From Vezdaea acicularis (Eukaryota): DNA of 64,000 nucleotides. A model generated the notes under the pieces. The model saw only the letters and a list, made by a program, of their open reading frames with translations. It did no database searches and was not told where the DNA came from. A program made the translations under genes and the position numbers. Location of the stretch: the NCBI GenBank assembly GCA_026025075.1, contig JAPEUI010000093.1:1-64000 (forward strand), in the 5' to 3' direction. Of the stretch, positions 1 through 12,621 are shown in pieces (the first letter of the stretch is position 1; each line of letters starts with the position of its first letter).

Positions 1-804
1 GGACCGGGGGGCGCCCGCGCCGCGCACCGCTCGCTTTGCACCCAAGACCGCTCTCTCGGGTCCGTATGCCCCATGCACGCCCGCCGGCGCCGCCCCCTCC
101 CCCTCGTCCCCTCTCGTGCCCTCATCCTCACTGGTCGCGATAGAGTTTCTGCCCAGACGCACACCACCACCACCACCGCCGCCGATGCGCCGGTGATTGG
201 CAAATGCGGCGGGCCCGGCAGACTGTTTGCCCGCCGCGGAGAGGGGGGGGCAGCAGAATCGACGCAGGCGGGTGCGAAACATGCGCAATCGACGGGGCCA
301 TCGAAGGGGGCCTCACATCAGGCATCAGATGCGGCAGATCGTCGAAGGTGCGCGTCCCGTCAGCCGGAGTCGGCGCGGGATCGTCGTGTGCGCGAGGAGC
401 GAAGCCCTAATGGCCCCCCCACCGATGATGGCCTCCAAGCGGCGAGCGAAGGCCCCCCAAAAGGCGGTGGGTGCGGTCGTGGGGAAGGAGCGACGCCGAC
501 GGACCCAGCGGCGAACAGCTCCCCTCGAGAGAGTTCACGGCCACTTCACCTCGCAGACGACAGACGCTCGTCGCGAGGGATCATCCTAGCCGGAGTAGGG
601 GGCCCGACATGGCTTTTTTTCTGCTTGTCGGCGATGCGGGTCGAAGGGTGTGCCATTCTTCCGGCTGTGAGGGCGGTCCCATCCGCCTGCGAACCAGACG
701 GTGCAGCAGCACGACTGCACCCGCCGACAGGACGCAGGACACTTGCCAAGCGCGCATGAGGTAATCCTAGGGGCAAAGCCCTCGGCACTCGACCGTCCGT
801 GTTC

Positions 805-862
805 GTCTTCCATCGTCGTCCATCGTCCATTGTCCCTCGTCCCTCGTCCATTGTCCATCGTC
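805..862. repeat. Degenerate heptamer tandem repeat (TCGTCCA/TTGTCCC-like units)
   Basis: Seen directly: catcgtcgtccatcgtccattgtccctcgtccctcgtccattgtccatcgtc. Confidence 0.7.
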
Positions 863-2982
863 AACCGCGTCCGGATCGATCGTCGACCATCGTGCCTGCC
901 GTTCTTGCCGTCCCTCCGGACACCGGAGATCAAATTCACTCCGAATCCCGCTTGCCGTGGCGCGGTGGACCCCGTTTCACCAGCCGCCGCCCTCGTCACG
1001 TTGGTCCGGCCGTCCGTGGGCAATCTGCCTGGGTCTCGACCGCCTTGGCCGCTAGCTCGTTTAGGGCGTCTGGCGCTCCCGCCGTCGACCGCGCTTGGAA
1101 GGGGACGACAGACCAAGTGACACCGGGATCGATCACTTCTCTGCAGCATCCGCAGCAACTTGCCGTCCATTTCGATGCGTCCTGGACCGAGCGAGCACAG
1201 GCACGAGCACGAGGAGAGATGCTGATGCTCGATGGACCTGACCAGCCTCCTGTTCCCCCACGCACCGTCGCTCGGAGGATTTCGCATGCAGCCCCGCGAG
1301 GCACTCCTCCCGTCGGCCCCCCCTCGCTGCCTCCTTTCCCGGAGACTTCACCCCGAGACATGCGACATGATGATGGGGCGAGACTTCCAGGACGCGTTAC
1401 CCGATCACGTTACCGCGCGACGGTGGGGGAGGGGGACGAGGGGCCGTCGAACTGGAGCCGCCGACGAGATCACGCCGGGACCGGCATCGCGCTCCACGGC
1501 TTTCGTATCCGCTGCAACTGGCAACGAGGGACCTGGGCGCTTGGATCCCAACCATTTGAATTGAGTTGCACGGGCGCATCTCGCTGCTGCATCTTCGTCA
1601 TACATCATACACGCCGGCTCCTTCCGACCGTTGCGTCGCTCCCACCGTTCGTTCCATCCCCGGTTCGCAGCACGACGATCAGCACCATCCTCACAGGTAG
1701 CGAGAGTAGCACAACACGCCCCATTCCACCCTCTCGCCGCCTCGGCCCCCCATCGAACGACTTTCTATCGAGTAGACGTTCGAAACACTTCGACACCCCC
1801 ATCTCGACGCCGCACGATGAAACGGATGGCCCAACTGCCGACCCGTTTTCCCAATCGCGGCATGCGGAGGGGTGATCGTCGGGCGATACCCGCATGCGAA
1901 CCAGAGAAACGAGGGAGACGATCCGCGCCAGGGCCAGGCGCGTGAAAGCGTGACCTCCGGACGAATGAATGTCCGAGGCAGGAGGAGCAGGCACTATCTG
2001 CACTCCTGTTCCAGCGCACTTCCCCGGTGGGCCGCCGCCCCAAAGATCCAGCCTTTGGGGATCCAAGACAAGACCTGGAAACAAGAACAAGACGAGACGA
2101 GACAACGCATCGCATGCGCCCTCGAAACGGCTGGTCTTCTTCTTGGCCTTGGCGTTCGCTTTTCCTCTCCATCCGTGTGATCGAAAAGCTTAGCGTTTTG
2201 CTCCCTTGCTTCCGTTCGGCCTGTGCTTGCCATTTCGCCGCGCTAGATACTAGAGAGGGCGCTTATGGGCCCGCGACGATCGGACTCCCCCTCTCCCTCC
2301 CCCAGTTCAGACGGGAGTCTTTTAAGAATCGATAGGGAAGGCACGTCTGATGCACTTTTCGAAGGCCATTGCCAAATACGCAATCATCGTGCGCCATCCG
2401 TTCCTCGACGACGGAGCCCTAAGTCCGCTGTCGTTCGCGGACCGCCATTTTTTCCCACCCTCTCTTTCTCCAAGCGAGCGAGCGAGCGAGCTTCCATCAG
2501 CATCTTCGCTCGCTACGATTGTGACGGAGTGGGGTGCTCCCTCTCCCGCCAACTTGGTTACTGGGCCCGCATCCCCCCCTCCCATTGGTCCCCTCGGCCC
2601 GCGCTTTGCTCAGACCGGACAAGCCCTAAGTTAGTGCCGGCCAACCACCTCTCACTAATCGCCCTAATCGTCTTCTTAGCCTCTTTTTTTCTTGAAGTTC
2701 TTGTGCTTTCCACCTAAGCGAGGCTCTCTCGGCTCGAGTTGGATGGCCGCTCGGACGGGACGGATTTAAGCTGGTGCGCCGCGTGCGGCTATCGCGGCGA
2801 TTTGGGGGTGTGGGTGTTCCGCGTGCTTGGGAATGGGGGATGAAGTTGTCTGGTGCTCGCGCGCGCTAAGTCATGGGATGTGTGTCCTGGTCCAATGCGA
2901 TGGAAATGTCTCTAGCCGAGCAGAAATCTACGGATCTTGAACGGCTGATTGCTCTGTAAGGCGGATGAGGGAGATACGTAGC

Positions 2983-3002
2983 CTCTCTCTCTCTCTCTCT
3001 CT
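2983..3002. repeat. (CT)n microsatellite
   Basis: About 10 CT units seen directly. Confidence 0.9.
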
Positions 3003-3576
3003 GTGCGCGTCATCACCGCTTCTTCGATCTTAAGAGCAAAAGCGGGAAGGAGCGTGGCATATGTCAGAGCGAGGCATACTTTGGATAGGGCAAGTCGTGC
3101 CACCACCAGCTGGGAGGAGGAGAAGCGCTCCTCGGCACCGCCGTGTCGGCACCACTGTGTCGGGATCAAATCATGAGATGGGGTGGGATGAGTGTCTCTT
3201 GACTATCCTTTCAGCCATGAAAACGCCTTTCACCGCACCGCACAGGCTCAGCTTCGTATCTACACCACAGCATACCGCACACCCCTCCTCTCCTCCAATC
3301 CAATCCACTAAGTCTCAGCACACTCACGTGCGTGAGCGAATAGAGTAGCGGTGGCGTTTGTTCACCCTCCTCACCGTTCAGCGTTTCTGCGCCGTTCAGC
3401 TCAACTCACTCACTCGCTCGTTTCGTTTCGCGTAGATTGTAGCCGAGCACAGGACTGTGTATCATAGGCTCTTCTGGGGGGGGAATGGGCTGCAGCACAT
3501 GTCCCGACGGTTTGGGTGTAACGTTCTTGCTGGCTGAAATCATCTGATGGGGTGGGATGGGGCGGGATGTGATCAA

Positions 3577-3608
3577 ACAGACAGACAGACGGACGGATGG
3601 ACAGACAG
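3577..3608. repeat. Compound (CAGA)/(CGGA) tetranucleotide microsatellite
   Basis: acagacagacagacggacggatggacagacag. Confidence 0.75.
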
Positions 3609-4238
3609 GGCGTGCGTGAGTTTGGGCGCGGCGCTGAAGAGGCGGGCACAGTCTCGCTGCCTGCAGCCATGTACGTGATATCGAGCGTAGGATGGTGAGT
3701 AAGGTTGATGGGATTTTGCCCAGCGCGCGCCGAGAAGCCTGCCGTCACTCCTCCTCCTCCTCCGCGCGCGCATTGACACTACCGATAGTTTGGCCTCGCG
3801 CCCAGCGCGGAGACTTTTCGCATCACGCTCTCATCGCAGACTATGACACCACCACCACCTTCCTTCCTTCCACCAACCACCCTCCCTCCTCTCTCGTCGT
3901 CGTCCTCCTCACCTCCAAACCTCACACCGCGACATTAGCGGCGACGTGCCCTCTTTCCCAAAAAGGGTCCGTGCGACGTGACCCGCTCGAGAAAGGAAGG
4001 AAGCAAGGTCAAGCTTAAGCCGGACCACGCCTCTCTCCGCCAAGAACACTTATGGGGGGTTCTGATCCAAACTGGCGGGTCGTGGCTGACCAATCCCAGC
4101 CCTCGTTCGCGGAGGGGGGCTTTCGTGCAACCGAGCCCCCGTGATGAGGGTTAATCGTTGTGATGGGAGGAGGGAAGTGTTACTCTGAGGTAGATAGAGA
4201 GTTTTCGCAGCAACCCGGCAGTAGTACCGGCAAGCACG

Positions 4239-4266
4239 ATATCACATATCACATATCACATATCAC
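4239..4266. repeat. (ATATCAC)x4 heptamer tandem repeat
   Basis: atatcacatatcacatatcacatatcac seen directly. Confidence 0.85.
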
Positions 4267-5671
4267 ACACACGCCATCCACCACCACCGCGAACGCCTCG
4301 TCCCAACAGAGCGCACTTCACTCAGGAAACAGCGCCATCGTCATCTTTCCCTCTTCCTCTTTTCCTCTTCTGGCATCTTCTACGAAGCCAAACGATAACG
4401 AAGAGAGGAGAAAGAAGCAAGAATCCCACCCGTTGCGCCTCCCTGGCGCTCGAATATCCCGGAGAGCTGGATCGGCCGTCCGTGCGTACGCGCTGGGAGA
4501 TAGACTTTACTGGGTTTGGAGGGCGGGAGGGAGACTAGGCTGGATGGGGATGTGGAGATTTGCCTTATTGACGAGGGGGTTTGGTGGGATGAGGTGGGTT
4601 CGGGATTATCGGTATGCCGTCGGGTGAGATACGACGAAGGGTGGTGATGGGTTGAATTAAGGAAAGGAGGGGGAAAGGGGGAGTTGGTGCGTGGATTGAG
4701 TATGCTGGGGCATGTGGAATCAAGTCCTGAGCTTTGCCCTACCCGCTTGAAGTGAGATCATTTCACTTACTGGCTTTGGGGGGTTTGTCTACAGGGCTCC
4801 CTTTCGATGTCGTTCACGACTTCTCCTGGCTAATTCAGGACACAGGTTTGCCCCCTTACAAGCACACCAGCTTGGCCAAGGGGGAGAAACCTGCTTCCTT
4901 CCTCGGCGGTCATTCTCACACGCTCTCGTTGGTCTCGCCGTGTCAACGTCCTCTCTACTCTCACGCAGGGCAGTCGTAGCAGCAAAGGGGTTGGAAGGGA
5001 GAGCGTTAGCGTTTTCGGATGCACTCCCCATAGCGGGCACTCCTTCACATTCACAAACTGCTCCGCTAGGCACTCTTCTAGATGAAGCTCGTTTTCCTAT
5101 CGGCTTACATCTCCCTAGCGCCCGGCGTCTTTACTATTTCCCTCCCTCCCCACAACGAACCACCCCCCCAAAAACAACCACAGGGGATATGCGAAGAACT
5201 CCGAAGCAGATTCCCCGTGGCTGGGGCGACTTGACCTCTCAACAAGTATATGGATAAGCTTCGTTGTTGTATGGTATGGAGGCTGTCTCGTTATACGAAA
5301 GACCTTCCATTTCATGACCGAGACCGCCATTATACGGGGCCGCCCATCTATCATAGGACCTTTCCATTCAACGCACCCTAGCCCATCTTCTCCACACCCC
5401 TGATTCACCGTTGCGAACTCTTCCCTTTTCTTTGACTGGCTTTCAAAGACATTCACGGGTCGTTTCCTATTTGTTATGGCACCTTCAAGACCTCATCCGT
5501 GTTCGCATCCGTGGTGGCAGTCATGCGTGGATGCACACGCAGAATGCTTGACCTGGAAGAAGCTCCGACATCTTACCAAGTCAGCACTCTGGTCAGAGCC
5601 TCAAGTCCAACGCTTACCCAGCACAAAACAACAAGGGTGGATTCTTGATATTCAATCGCATTAATCTTTGT

Positions 5672-6603
5672 TCAATGTCCGGCCATCTCATATACATTTT
5701 GATCCTCATGCTCCAGGTTTGGATCCTTCAATGGCACCTGCGCAGCCTCGTCTGCCGGTAGCTCCGACTTGTGCCACGTAGATGCCTCAGAGTGAATGGC
5801 TTGAGGTGGCGCAGCAGATTTGCGGTTCTTTCTTCGTCGGAATAGCAAGAAGCCAATCCCAGCCAGTGCAAGAACGCCGACTGGTACACCTACCCCGGCG
5901 CCGATAGCCGCTGCATGGTTCGAGGACCCAGAGGATGCCAAATTCGAAGTTGTCGCAGCAGTTGCTGTCGTGGTTGCGGCGGTTGAGGTTGCCCTGCTTG
6001 AGGCTGTTGAAGTTGTGCCACTCTTCGCCGAGCTTGTAGATTGCGATCCCACCGTCGATCCAAGGCTGAACATGTTATATTGACCGCAGCAGCTCTGGTT
6101 GTTGGGAGATGGATACGCAATATCGCAGCAGAAAGATCCACCATTCGCAGGGTCACCGCTAGAGCATTGCCAAACGACAGTGTCGATGGTGAAATTGGCG
6201 GCTCCTGCGCCAGTATAGTCATCTGCAAGAACACTCTATCAGCGTTCGTTCGAAGATCGCTAAAGGGTGGAAGAACTCTTCTAGATCAAGCAAAAAACGT
6301 ACTTTCCAAGCAGTACTGAGGACATTTGGGACTCTTCCATGTCGGATCTGTACAAGTCCCGCGAATGATCTGAGGCGATACGTTTGCTGTCCCATTTCCT
6401 ACGCAAAGGCCGTTGTCAAGGCATTCATACCCTAGCGATTGCCAGCAGCACGGCGAATCCTCAGCGTTTGGATCGCAAGGACTGTCATCGCCTCTTAGGG
6501 CGCCGTTTGGAAGGAAGCAGTTCTTCGCAGCACCAGCTTGGGTGGCCATCAAGAGATAGAAAAGCACGGTCCGCTTTGCAAAGCTGCATACTGAAAGCAT
6601 CAT
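5672..6603 (-). CDS. Single-pass membrane protein: signal peptide, Cys-rich ectodomain, Ser/Thr stalk, TM helix, short tail (Mid2-like architecture)
   Basis: Intron 6223-6302 (GTACGT...GCTGAT...CAG) joins ORF 6286-6603 in frame to ORF 5672-6073 via NDYTGAGAANFTIDTVVWQCSSGDPANGGSFCCDIAYPSPNNQSCCGQYN; TM segment AIGAGVGVPVGVLALAGIGFLLF followed by RRRKNRK. Confidence 0.85.
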
Positions 6604-7435
6604 AAATATATGACTAAAGGTTTATGAGATACCTAAACCGATAAATTATTGAGGCTCTCTAACCTTTTCTGAGAAGGATGAATAGGGTGATGGCCTGTGC
6701 ACCGTCGTTTTCTGGTTTTTGATAGATGTCCAGCGGCCCTTCAAAGGCTATCAACCTAGCATGTTGTTGCCTAGGCAAGCAACAAATCATTGAAATTTTG
6801 CTTGCAAGACGTACTATTCTTAGTGTCTTGTGTCCTGTATGATAAGCAGTTGAGCCTTGCGACTCAGTCGTTGTGCCGCGATCAGAGCATGATGGTTGCA
6901 AGATTGTGGCAAAGCAACAAGTCTGCGGCCAATCGAGAGACTCAAGGAACGAGGTTCCGTAGTTCTATACTCGCTCTACTCAGTCACGTGGACAACAAGT
7001 AAGGCTCTGTACCTTGCTATCGCGACCATTCTAGGGCGTCCAATTCTCCTCCTTGCCCGGGAACGTCGTATATATCATGTTGTATATTGATGATACATTT
7101 ATTGAGGAGTGCGCTTCGACTTGCATTGAGACGTGGGACGGAGCATTGCTGGCAGTAAAGGTCCTTCGCCCTGTCCCATTCGCCGATGTGGCTCCCGCAC
7201 CTGCAGTCGATCTGACTGTATTGGACGAGAGATAAGCTGCGTCCAAACCGCATGGCGAGGCTGCGCAAGATCCCGCTCAAGGCTGATCAAATTCAAGCCT
7301 CGTGGAGCAATTCAGAATCACCCATACCAAAACTTAGTGTTAAGAGGAGGAGATATTACTTCTATTTCTGGCAGCCATCTATGGCTCATTGAGTACAGCT
7401 CCTCTGGATGCGATTTGGAATAGGGATCGCCAGCT

Positions 7436-10400
7436 ATGAGCTTCGGCTATAGTCTTAGCGATTTTGCTCTTACCGCAAAGCTTGCGCGCGCCACCTGGAA
7501 GCAGTTTGAAGATGCGCCGGGCCAGTATAAGGCAATTCGTACGGAGTGAGTGCCCACCCTTAGATCCATTGCCTAGTGCATGAGCTCACCGAAGGTAGAG
7601 TCGCCAACCTCAATCTTGTCCTTGACGATGTTGTCCAGTGTAGGTCCGAACTCCAAGTTAGCGAGGAACAAAAAGAGAAGCTAGACGCACTAGTCGAGGG
7701 ATGCAAAGATGTGCTTGCAGAGCTAAGGGCGAAGCTTAAGAAAAGTGAATGTCTAGATGACACCAGTCAAAGCTTGAAAACCAAGTCTCGAAAAGCGTGG
7801 AGCAGGTTAAGATGGGACCAGACTGAGATTCAAGGGCTTCGAGATAGAATTGTTTCAAATGCAACTCTTCTTGATAGTTTCAGTTCTAGCCTTGTGATTA
7901 GTGGTATAGATCGCCGTCTTGAGGGGATAGAACAAAATCAAATTAGCCAAGAACACAAAAATATTGCCAGATGGTTATCTTCTCTCGAGCCCTTTGCTAC
8001 ACAAGAGGACGTCTTTTGTAGGTGGCAAGAGGGGACTGGTCAATGGCTGCTTGATTCGCCAGAGTTCAAGGGCTGGCTGTGCGGAGAGCGTAAAACTTTA
8101 TGGTGTCATGGGCGCCGTGAGTATCAGAGATATCCTTTGGCTACATCAAACGTACAGCTAATCACCCAACAGCGGGAGCTGGAAAGACCGTAATTGCGTA
8201 AGTTATTGTCCGTAACCTAGAGCTATTGAATGACTTGAATACCTTAGATCCGTTGTCATCGACCATGTTCAAAGGGCTTTCAAGGATGACAATGCTGTAA
8301 TCCTTTGGATCTACTGCAACTATAAACAGAAGTCCGAGCAAACGATCACAAACCTACTCGGTAGCTTGCTCAAGCAAGTTGTTTTGCAGCGCCCCAACAT
8401 CTCGGATCATGTCAGAGGTCTTCATGATAAACACTCGAAGCTCAATACTCGGCCCGCACCCGAAGAGATCGTCCAAGTACTCGGAGCTGAGCTTGCTTGC
8501 TATTCACAAACTTTTATCGTGGTGGATGCTTTGGACGAATGCTCTGAGGAGTCGAAGACGAGGTCGAATCTACTTGGGAATCTTCGCTCATTATCTGGCA
8601 ATGTTAGCCTCTTGGTCACGTCTCGCAATTTACCTACAAGCGAGACTGAATGCGACTTTGATAGGAAAAATAGGGTTGAGATACGCGCGAGCGATGAGGA
8701 TGTGCGTTGTTATGTCGAGGCTCGGATATCTAGTGAGCCTCGTCTCCTTAGGCATGTGAAGGTAGAACCTACATTGCGGAATCTTATTACAGAGACTATA
8801 GTGAACAATGTTGAGGGAATGTACGAAACTCTCCGCAAATCCCTTATACTTCATGTCTGACCATTACTAAAAAAAAGGTTTTTACTTGCTCAACTTCACA
8901 TGGACTCGCTGGAGACAAAGACCAAGCGAAAAGCAATTCATGATGGTCTCAGACACCTCCCTAAAAGTATAGATGATACCTATGACGAAGCAATGGCGAG
9001 GATTGATCAACAGAACGAAGACTTAGAAGATCTTGCTAATAATGTTCTCTTATGGATATCTTGCGCCCGCAGACCCTTGTCGCTCATGGAGCTACAGCAT
9101 GCGCTTGCCGTCGAGGAGGGACAAACCTCTATTGACTCTGGCGATCTTGATGATGAGGAGACGTTAATTTCTGTATGTGTTGGATTAGTCGTGCTCGATG
9201 AAATCAGCAACACGGTCCGTCTAGTCCGTGAGTAACAACTTTTTTTTCAAACATCAGTAAATTAGGAATCCTAGAATGATATAGGCGAAATTTCTAGCGG
9301 AGTCTTGTAACACTAGCCCTTCAAAGAACAAGTCGCCAAAGCACGGGTCATGCGTACATATCGGTCTCAAGGTCTGACTCAATGATATCACGATGACACC
9401 TTGGAATGCTAGTCTCTACTTCACAGAGTTGTACAGTCTCATGCCCTAGGGGTTTCCTTGACCAGATATTAAGCGATTAACAATTCTATACGTACTGTCT
9501 CTTGTGGTGTTGATTTTCATTGCCCTTGTCGGCACAATAGTCTATACTAAAGATCTCCTGAGTCGCTTACCGTCATGATAGATTACACTACGCAAGACTA
9601 TTTCGAGCGTATCCGCCCCCAGCGCTTCTCAAACTATCAATCTAGGATCGCAACGACTTGTCTCACCTATCTCTTATTCGATGTCTTCGCTGGAGGTCCT
9701 TGTTTATCCAATGACGCGGTTGATGCAAGACTGAATGAGAATGCTCTGTTCGGTTACGCCTCTCAAAACTGGGGACATCACGTTAAGGCGGACACAAAGC
9801 GATCTGTCAAGGCCCTTATTACGGAATTTCTTAAGGATGAAGTTAAGGTTCAAAGCTCTGTTGAAGTGCTTTTCTGGAACGCAAGCTCCGGAAAGGATGA
9901 TCGCATAGGGTGGAACGTAAGATACGCAGACAGCTTACACCTCGCGGTGTTTTTCTCCCTAGAAGACACAACAGTATGGCTCATAGGGGAAGGAGTTGAG
10001 CTCAACCCCAGAGATAGTGAAGGTAGGACCCCACTATCGTGGGGAGTCTTGAAAGCCGATCAGGCATTAGTAGGACTCTTAGTTACAAAAGGTGCAGAGC
10101 TGGAGTCTAAGGACAATCATGGTCGGACGCCGCTGTCTCTGGCAGCGTCGTTTGGAGAAGTGGAAATGGTACGACTGCTGCTGGAGAAAGGCGCCGAGCT
10201 GGAATCTAAAGACACTGGTGGCCTGACGGCGCTATCTTGGGCGGCGAGAAAAGGGAAAGAAGCAGTAGTACGACTGCTACTAGAGAATGGCGCCGAGCTG
10301 GAATCTAGAGGTAATTTTGGCCAGACGCCGCTGTCTCAGGCAGCGTGGATTGGGGAAGAGGCAGTGGCACAACTGCTGCTAGAGAAAGGTGCAGAGCTGG

Positions 10401-11566
10401 AATCTAGAGATGGCTATGGCCAGATGCCGCTATCTCAAGCAGCAATGTCTGGAGAAGAGGCAATGGTACGACTATTGCTAAAGAAAGGCGCGGAGCTGGA
10501 ATCTAAAGATGGTCTTGGCTTGACGGCGCTGTCATGGGCGGCGAAAAAGGGGCAAGAGGCTGTAGTACGACTGCTGCTAGAGAAAGGCGCAGAGCTCGAA
10601 TCTCAAGATGAGCGTGGCCAAACGGCACTATCTTGGGCGGCCGAAATGGGGCGAGGGGCTGTGGTACGACTGCTGCTAGAGAAAGGCGCGGAACTGGATT
10701 CTAAAGATGGTCATGGCCAGACGCCGCTGTCTTCGGCGGCCGAAAACGGGCAAGAGGCTGTGGTACGACTGCTGCTAGAGAAAGGCGCAGAGCTGGAATC
10801 TAAAGATGGTTGTGGCCAGACGCCGCTGTCATGGGCGGCGATGTCTGGGGAAGAGGTTGTGGTACGACTGCTGCTAGAGAAAGGCGCAGAGCTGGAATCC
10901 AAAGATGGTTATGGCCAGACGCCGCTGTCATGGGCGGTGATATCTGGGAAAGAGGCTGTGGTACGACTGCTGCTAGAGAAAGGCGCGGAGCTGGAATCTA
11001 AAGATGGTTCTGGCCAGACGCCGCTGTTAGGGGCGGCGATGTTTGGGAAAGAGGCTGTGGTACGACTGCTGCTAGAGAAAGGCGCGAAGCTGGAATCTAA
11101 AGATGGTTATGGCCAGACGCCGCTGTCATGGGCGGCGATGTCTGGTGAAGAGGCTGTGGTACGACTGCTGCTAGAGAAAGGCGCGAAGCTGGAATCTAAA
11201 GATGATTCTGGCCGGACGCCGCTGTCACATGCGGCCGAAAAGGGGCGAGAGGCTGTGGTACGACTGCTGCTAGAGAAAGGCGCAGAGCTGGAATCTAAAG
11301 ATGATTCTGGCCGGACGCCGCTGTCACATGCGGCCGAAAAGGGGCGAGAGGCTGTGGTACGACTGCTGCTAGAGAAAGGCGCAGAGCTGGAATCTAAAGA
11401 CACTAGTGGCCTGACGGCACTGTCTTGGGCAGGAAGGAAAGGGCAAGAAGCAGTAGTACGACTGCTGCTGGAAAGAGGAGCTGTCACAAGTTCTGGAGGT
11501 AGTAATGGCATAAAGCCTTCGACCTTTGCGGCAGAAGGGGGCACGAGACCACCGCATGGATCTTGA
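7436..11566 (+). CDS. Fungal NLR (STAND) protein: HeLo-like/SesA-type N-terminal helical domain + NACHT NTPase + winged helix + ~16 ankyrin repeats
   Basis: ATG 7436 MSFGYSLSDFALTAKLA; introns ~7546-7598, 8118-8171, 8198-8247, 8821-8877, 9228-9581; splicing rebuilds Walker A LWCHGRPGAGKT, Walker B FIVVDALDEC, GMFLLAQLHMDSL, RPLSLMELQHALA and VRLVHYTTQDYF; C-terminal 33-aa ANK repeats. Confidence 0.93.
10085..11480 (+). repeat. 99-bp tandem array encoding ~14 near-identical ankyrin repeats
   Basis: Recurring unit GTGGTACGACTGCTGCTAGAGAAAGGCGC.GAGCTGGAATCTAAAGAT with 99-nt period; two near-terminal units (about 11190-11400) are essentially identical. Confidence 0.95.
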
Positions 11567-12621
11567 TGGAGAAAAACTATGACTTCGACCTTAGTGATCA
11601 CGAGAATAAACCCGTGCCCAGACCTCCCAGCTAAGTGACTAATTGTCAATGGGAAGCCAACAGACTCAGAGGAATGCGCTTGGGACCAAATTGAAATAGT
11701 AATGGATCCGCCAATGTCTCGAATGTGGAGGAATCAATCGCGCCTAGCCAAAAGATGTGCACTACAGCAGGTTCGTGTTTAATTATCGAAAAAGACCAGA
11801 TCACTCTACGCTGGGCGAGATCAGGCCTCAGGAGCGTCTAGACACCGTTAACGATGAACCATATATAGCGTGTTTTAAGAACTATCAGTCGGCTTTCACT
11901 TTAGCCCGATTAGCTCTGGTCTGTTCAAAGAGAATGCGCAAAGGTCCATGAAAAGTGAAAACGCAAGGCTCATAAACGCCATGCTATGCTCGTGCATTTA
12001 GTCAAGCCGAGAAAATGGTCCCCCGTTGGAATTAGAAATCCTCTGATTCTGGCTTCCGGATTTAAAAATACAGCGATCTGCAAAGGCATCTAGAATGTGC
12101 GAGGTTAGGTTTGGGGGGCGGCTTTCAATTGCAGTCTCACAGGCAGACAGAACATAGTAGATGTTTCATAAACGTTGACGACTAAAGAGAATCGCAACCT
12201 GGTTGCTTCGTTAAGTAATCTTGCGCCCAGCTGGAAAATACAGACTAAAACCCGTCCAACCATCCAGAAGCTTGCCCCAATTCCTCCCCCTCTCCCTCGA
12301 AACGCTTCCAGAACCGCCCCAACTAACGCCATTTACAAGAAGAGGTGACAATTTGCTCGGTCTCGGCGCGTAAGACCGCCTTTTGGCACGGGGCAGAGTG
12401 CAGGTAGCTCCGCCATCGCGCTCTGTTAGTTGATACGTATCGCTTCTGTTATTCACCGGTAAATGTGATCCCGCACACCCCAGACCTAGGGCTAGAATCA
12501 CGCAGGCTCTTCCATCGCAGCCCCCAAGATAGCTGACATAGAAGGCCCATGCGTGACTATTGACGGTGCACTTTACTAATACCTAGGCCGCCCCCTCGCC
12601 CCATTTCCCCCTTATCGCGTC

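Larger units (their letters stand above)
2584..4094. repeat. Degenerate inverted duplication, arms ~2584-2899 and ~3769-4094
   Basis: Collinear reverse-complement anchors found by eye: ATTGGTC 2584 / GACCAAT 4088; CCCGC..TTTG..TCAGA; CTCGAG 2733 / 3986; CGC.CGGAC; TCGCGG..TTTGG.GGTG; CAATGCG 2893 / CGCATTG 3769. Confidence 0.5.

Noticed and set aside
73..2717. Many long overlapping ORFs (up to 358 aa) on both strands
   Set aside because: Arg/Pro/Ser/Gly-rich with no domain motifs; expected by chance in GC-rich non-coding DNA
2912..2960. Minus-strand CAGCCGTTC...TAGATTTC faintly like the 3' end of 28S rRNA
   Set aside because: Adjacent conserved rRNA sequence is absent; match too short
4141..4188. 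Box C (GTGATGA) and box D (CTGA) pair
   Set aside because: Only ~48 nt apart, weak terminal stem, no recognisable rRNA guide
7017..7280. Short minus-strand ORFs upstream of the NLR as possible amyloid adaptor genes
   Set aside because: No N/Q/G-patterned amyloid motif and no splice or codon support
10085..11480. Regularly spaced repeats with variable intervals, superficially CRISPR-like
   Set aside because: 99-bp in-frame ankyrin coding repeats in a eukaryotic gene; no cas genes
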